A DNA stretch of 64,000 nt from contig NIVC01001679.1 of assembly GCA_002269645.1 (NCBI GenBank), positions 124,001 through 188,000 of the forward strand, read 5' to 3'. A program made the position numbers and the translations under genes. Source of the DNA: Macrostomum lignano. Lineage: Eukaryota. The notes beneath the pieces are model-generated. The model was not told the DNA's origin. It saw only the letters and a list, made by a program, of their open reading frames with translations, and did no database searches. Shown here one piece after another: positions 60,176 through 64,000 of the stretch (position 1 is its first letter; each line of letters opens with the position of its first letter).

Positions 60176-60757
60176 ATGTGGAGCGCCAGCCAATACGGTG
60201 GAGGTAACGACGCTGACGGAACGATGGGCGGCGGCGGCGGCGGCGGCTTCATGAACTCGCCGGGTCCCGCCGGAGGTCGAGGAGGCGGCGGTCGCGGCGG
60301 CGGCGGCCCAAATCGAATCAACAGCGTGACGCCGTGCACCTGCGCGGAGCTGCTAGCCGCCGTATCGGCCGACGATCAGTTCACCAGCCCGACTGGCATC
60401 CCGCTTGGCCAAGTCACCATCGTTGGCGTTGTGCGTCAGCTGACACGCTCAGCCGCCCGGATCGACTATCAGGTAGACGACTACACTGGCGCCCCCATCG
60501 ATGTGAAGCAGTTTGTTGACAACGAATCCGAAGACGATCCGAGCGCCAATCTTGGCGACGATTCCATTGCCGCTTTAGAAGAAGGCGACTACGTTCGAGT
60601 TTATGGCCAGCTGCGAAATATGCAGGGCAGCCGGGCTGTGTCCGCTTTTAAAGTGACTAAATTGGCTGATATGAATGAGCTCAGCTTTCACCTGGTGCAC
60701 GTGGTCAGGGCTAGGATGTCTGCGCAGGGTGGCCCCGCTAATGGCGGAGGCAGTCAG
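60176..60757 (+). CDS. RPA2: Replication protein A 32-kDa subunit, exon 1 (Gly/Ser-rich N-terminus, OB fold)
   Basis: GGFMNSPG, SVTPCT, VTIVGVVR, YQVDDYTG, YVRVYGQLR, NELSFHLVHVV; donor cag|gtgaga. Confidence 0.93.
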
Positions 60758-61485
60758 GTGAGATTTTATAGATTCCAATCTCAGGGGTGAGATTCTATAG
60801 ATCCCAATCTCGGGGGGTGAGATTCTATAGATTCCAATCTCAGGGGGTGAGATTCTATAGATTCCAATCTCAGGGGGTGAGATTCTATAGATTCCAATCT
60901 TAGGGGGTGAGATTCTATAAATTCCAATCTCAGGGGGTGAGAATCTATAAATTCCGATCTCAGGGGTGAGATTCTATAGATTCCAATCTTAGGGGGTGAG
61001 ATTCTATAGATCCCAATCTCAGGGGGTGAGATTCTATAGATTCCAATCTCAGGGGGTGAGATTCTATAGATTCCAATCTCAGGGGTGAGATTCTATAGAT
61101 TCCAATCTCAGGGAGTGAGATTCTATAGATTCCAATCTCAGGAGAGAATATTCTATAGATTCCAATCTCAGAGGTGAGATTCTATAGATTCCGATCTCAG
61201 GAGAGAATATTCTATAGATTCCAATTTCAGGAGAGAAGATTCTATAGATTCCAATCTCAGAGGATGAGATTCTATAGATTCCAATCTCAGAGGTGAGATT
61301 CTATAGATTCCCATCTCAGGGACAGGGAGGTGAGATTCTATAGATTCCAATCTTAAGGAATTAGATTCTATAGATTCCAATCTCAGGGGTGAGATTATAG
61401 GTAGATTCCAATCTTAAGGAATTAGATTCTATAGATTCCAATCTCAGGGGTGAGATTATAGGTAGATTCCAAGCTCAGGGGATGA
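60758..61485 (+). repeat. 29-30-bp intronic minisatellite beginning exactly at the RPA2 5' splice site
   Basis: Unit gtgagattctatagattccaatctcaggg(g). Confidence 0.95.
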
Positions 61486-61571
61486 GAATCTATAATAGAT
61501 TTCATTTTCAAGATCCTACGGACTTCCCTGGCAACAGATCCCACCCTTATTCCACTCGGTCCCATCCGCAG

Positions 61572-61835
61572 CCGATGATGTCATCCGACGCAGCCAGGCC
61601 AAATGGTCTCGCAGGGCTGGCCTCACCGTCGGCAGCCGGCATGAACAAGCTGGAGCAGCAGGTGCTCGCCATACTACGCGACGGCGACTGCGACGAAGGC
61701 CTGCACGTGCAGCGCATTCTCGAACGCCTGCCCGGCGTGCCAATCAAACGGCTAAAAGACGTTCTGAGCAGCCTGGGCGATGAGGGGCACATCTATACTA
61801 GCACTGATGACGATCACTTCCGATTGATTCAGTGA
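61572..61835 (+). CDS. RPA2: RPA2 exon 2 (winged-helix RPA_C domain)
   Basis: LEQQVLAIL...EGL...LGDEGHIYTSTDDDHF; phase-0 acceptor ccactcggtcccatccgcag|ccg; total 281 aa. Confidence 0.88.
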   Translation, partial: PMMSSDAARPNGLAGLASPSAAGMNKLEQQVLAILRDGDCDEGLHVQRILERLPGVPIKRLKDVLSSLGDEGHIYTSTDDDHFRLIQ

Positions 61836-62799
61836 TTGCTGACAAACAAATTTACATCAATTCAATGTACTCTTCAGCTGCCGCTAATCAGCATTTATGA
61901 TTAATTATAATTTTGTCACTTAGCTCTCGTATAAGCGCTAAAGTAAGGCATTGATTGGTCAGCCCATGTTGCAGTTATAAATTATTAAACCTTCGCATTT
62001 CAGTCCCATATTGCTAATTAATCTAAAAAGGTAAATATCTATTGTAGTGACTTCTATTTTTGTTAAACTATCCCTATTTTATTTTCTCAATCTATATTAA
62101 TGCTACAAAGCAAAATAAATAAATAAATAAATAATACATTTCGTTCAAATTATTTGCCAGTTGATCTAAATTTTGCTATGGATGCAGTCTGACGCAGTAT
62201 TTCAATCTCCTCTCCCCACCCCACCAACCCCCCCACTAATACCCATATATTAAAAATGAGTTGTTTGTCTCTATGTGAAAGATTTCAGAAAAAAACGGTT
62301 TAAACCGATTTTCTTCAAACTTGCACCATTCGATCAGAAATTTTCCTGTGACGGTACATGCATGGTGGCTAAGAAATTTCTCAATGTTAAAGGGATTAAC
62401 TATTCAAAAAAACATGCTTTTGCGCAAAGGTCAAGCAGACTTTTCGACTTGAAATGCATTGTAAGAATGCTAGAGAAAAAACTGACTGGCTGATTTTTTA
62501 CCCTGCAAAAGATTGCATCACAACAAGTTGGAAACAGTGTCGAAGAGAAAAGCACACAAGACTTGATTTGAGATTGAGTAACTATATAGTATTTATTTAT
62601 TGTCCGTGTACTGGCTGAGTTTTACTACTTTAATTGCCTCGCAGTGTTAAAATAGTCTGGAAGCATAAGAGTAGCACCAGACTTGGTTGAAATTGATGCT
62701 GGCTGACTGAGAAATTGATTGTGTCATAATTTTTACTCTAACCGACTTGCTGTAAGTATTGAATTATAAGAGCCACAATTCATGTTCTCCAATTTACAA

Positions 62800-62865
62800 G
62801 CGATAGCCTAGATGTGAACAGATTAGATTGCTAATGTAGCGACCTGGGTTCAAATCTTAGTAGAG
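62800..62865 (+). mobile_element. Possible tRNA-derived SINE head or tRNA pseudogene
   Basis: A-box-like TAGCCTAGATG, B-box-like GGGTTCAAATC about 40 nt downstream; stems degenerate. Confidence 0.3.
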
Positions 62866-63004
62866 TAAAATATTTTTTATTAAAAAGCCTTATAAACACA
62901 AAATGTCAAAAAGCCATCATGTTAATCATAAAAGAGCCAACATGTCAAACATAAAGGAGCCACTATAAAGCTAAGGAAATTGTTGCACTAGCTACTTGTT
63001 GTCC

Positions 63005-63300
63005 GGTGGATGCTTGCTATTTAAGGATAGATAGATACTTGCTATCAGGGGAATGCTTGCTATCTGAGGGATGCTTTCTATCGGAAGGATGCTTGCTATC
63101 TGGGATACTTGCTATTGGGGGATGCTTGCTCTCGAGGGGGTGGAGGGTACTTGCTATCGAGAGGGGATTGCTAGGTATCTATAAGGATTCTTTCTATCCA
63201 GGGATTCTTGCTATCCAGGGATGCTTGCTATCCAGGGATTCTTGCTATCCAGGGATGCTTGCTATCCAGGGATGCTTGCTATCTTGGGAGGGGGGTGCTT
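63005..63300. repeat. Degenerate approximately 18-bp repeat
   Basis: gggatgcttgctatcca units. Confidence 0.8.
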
Positions 63301-64000
63301 GCCGTCTGGGGAAAGCTTTATTTTGTTGTGTACTTTTGTTACTTGTAGAAAAGAGAGATTTATAGAAAACAGTTTTGTCCACAGTTCTGTGGTTTCGTCC
63401 ATGGCAATTTTACTTTCAGGTGATCTATAAAACTGAAGAAGGAATCGGTTGAAAATGTGCTTTTTATGGATTTCCATGAAAAATGTTTGCTACTTGCTTA
63501 TTTGGCGCCCCGAAAATTAACTAGATTGTTAGTATAGTGCTCAAATTAATAAGTTAGCTGAGTCACTACCAGTCAGACAGGGTCAGAGAATCTCCCCTCG
63601 CCTCCACCTCCACCTCCACATCGTCTATGTCTCACCTTTAAGTCGCGCACGTAGAGTCACCCACCCCTTGCTGTGCAGCCACCCCTAAACTAATTACATA
63701 GACGGCTGCAAAGATGGACATTAGCCCTGCAGTGAGATGGGCGAAGCCCGAGCCCGACGAGTATCTGCCGCTCCTGCAGGAGTACAAGAGCTGAAAAAGT
63801 TGAGTGATGCAAGACACGCTGTGCCAGATGCTGGATAAAAACTTGGCTTCAATTAATTGGTTGCATCAAAATTGGAACTCTAGGCAATGGCTGGTCATTG
63901 CCATGAAGAGAAATTTTGGGCATTGTCGCCTAAAGTGCGCCAGGGTGCGTGGCATCCCTGCTTCTAATAAAAATCGATGCCAAAATACGACATTCTTGAC

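Noticed and set aside
61482-61571. 5' extension of RPA2 exon 2 (MRIYNRFHFQDPTD...) from the ORF track
   Set aside because: Starts in the repeat; the AG at 61511-61512 is phase 1 and incompatible with the phase-0 donor.

Overview
Eukaryotic (animal) genomic DNA: spliceosomal GT-AG introns, GC-rich exons, AT-rich flanks, and roughly 18 kb (about 28% by hand tally) of tandem minisatellite or microsatellite arrays. This style suggests a free-living flatworm such as Macrostomum, but that is inference only. Most ORF-track entries are repeat artefacts. Protein genes supported by sequence: (1) an LTO1/ORAOV1 homolog with a 30-bp coding VNTR (+); (2) a single-exon orphan neuropeptide precursor bracketed by inverted 15-mer arrays (+); (3) a 5-Ig Kirre/NEPH-like membrane protein, 7 exons found, all junction phases consistent, first exon not found (-); (4) DLAT/PDH-E2, a complete 7-exon model of 655 aa (-); (5) an intronless Methuselah/class-B-like GPCR (+); (6) RPS14 (+); (7) RPA2 (+). 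Mobile DNA: a decayed Ngaro/DIRS-order tyrosine-recombinase retrotransposon, four non-autonomous DNA elements with matching TSDs, one further MITE, a gag zinc-knuckle remnant and two LTR-like promoter modules. The most interesting leads are splicing-related: an NMD-type alternative 5' splice site in RPS14, an RPA2 intron built from a multiplied 5' splice site, a TM-exon skip giving a clean soluble Kirre ectodomain, and a possible RPS14-RPA2 operon or SL-donated AUG. The orphan Pro-amide neuropeptide and a perfect RFX X-box upstream of the NEPH-like gene also stand out. No prokaryotic system, CRISPR array or rRNA gene was seen.
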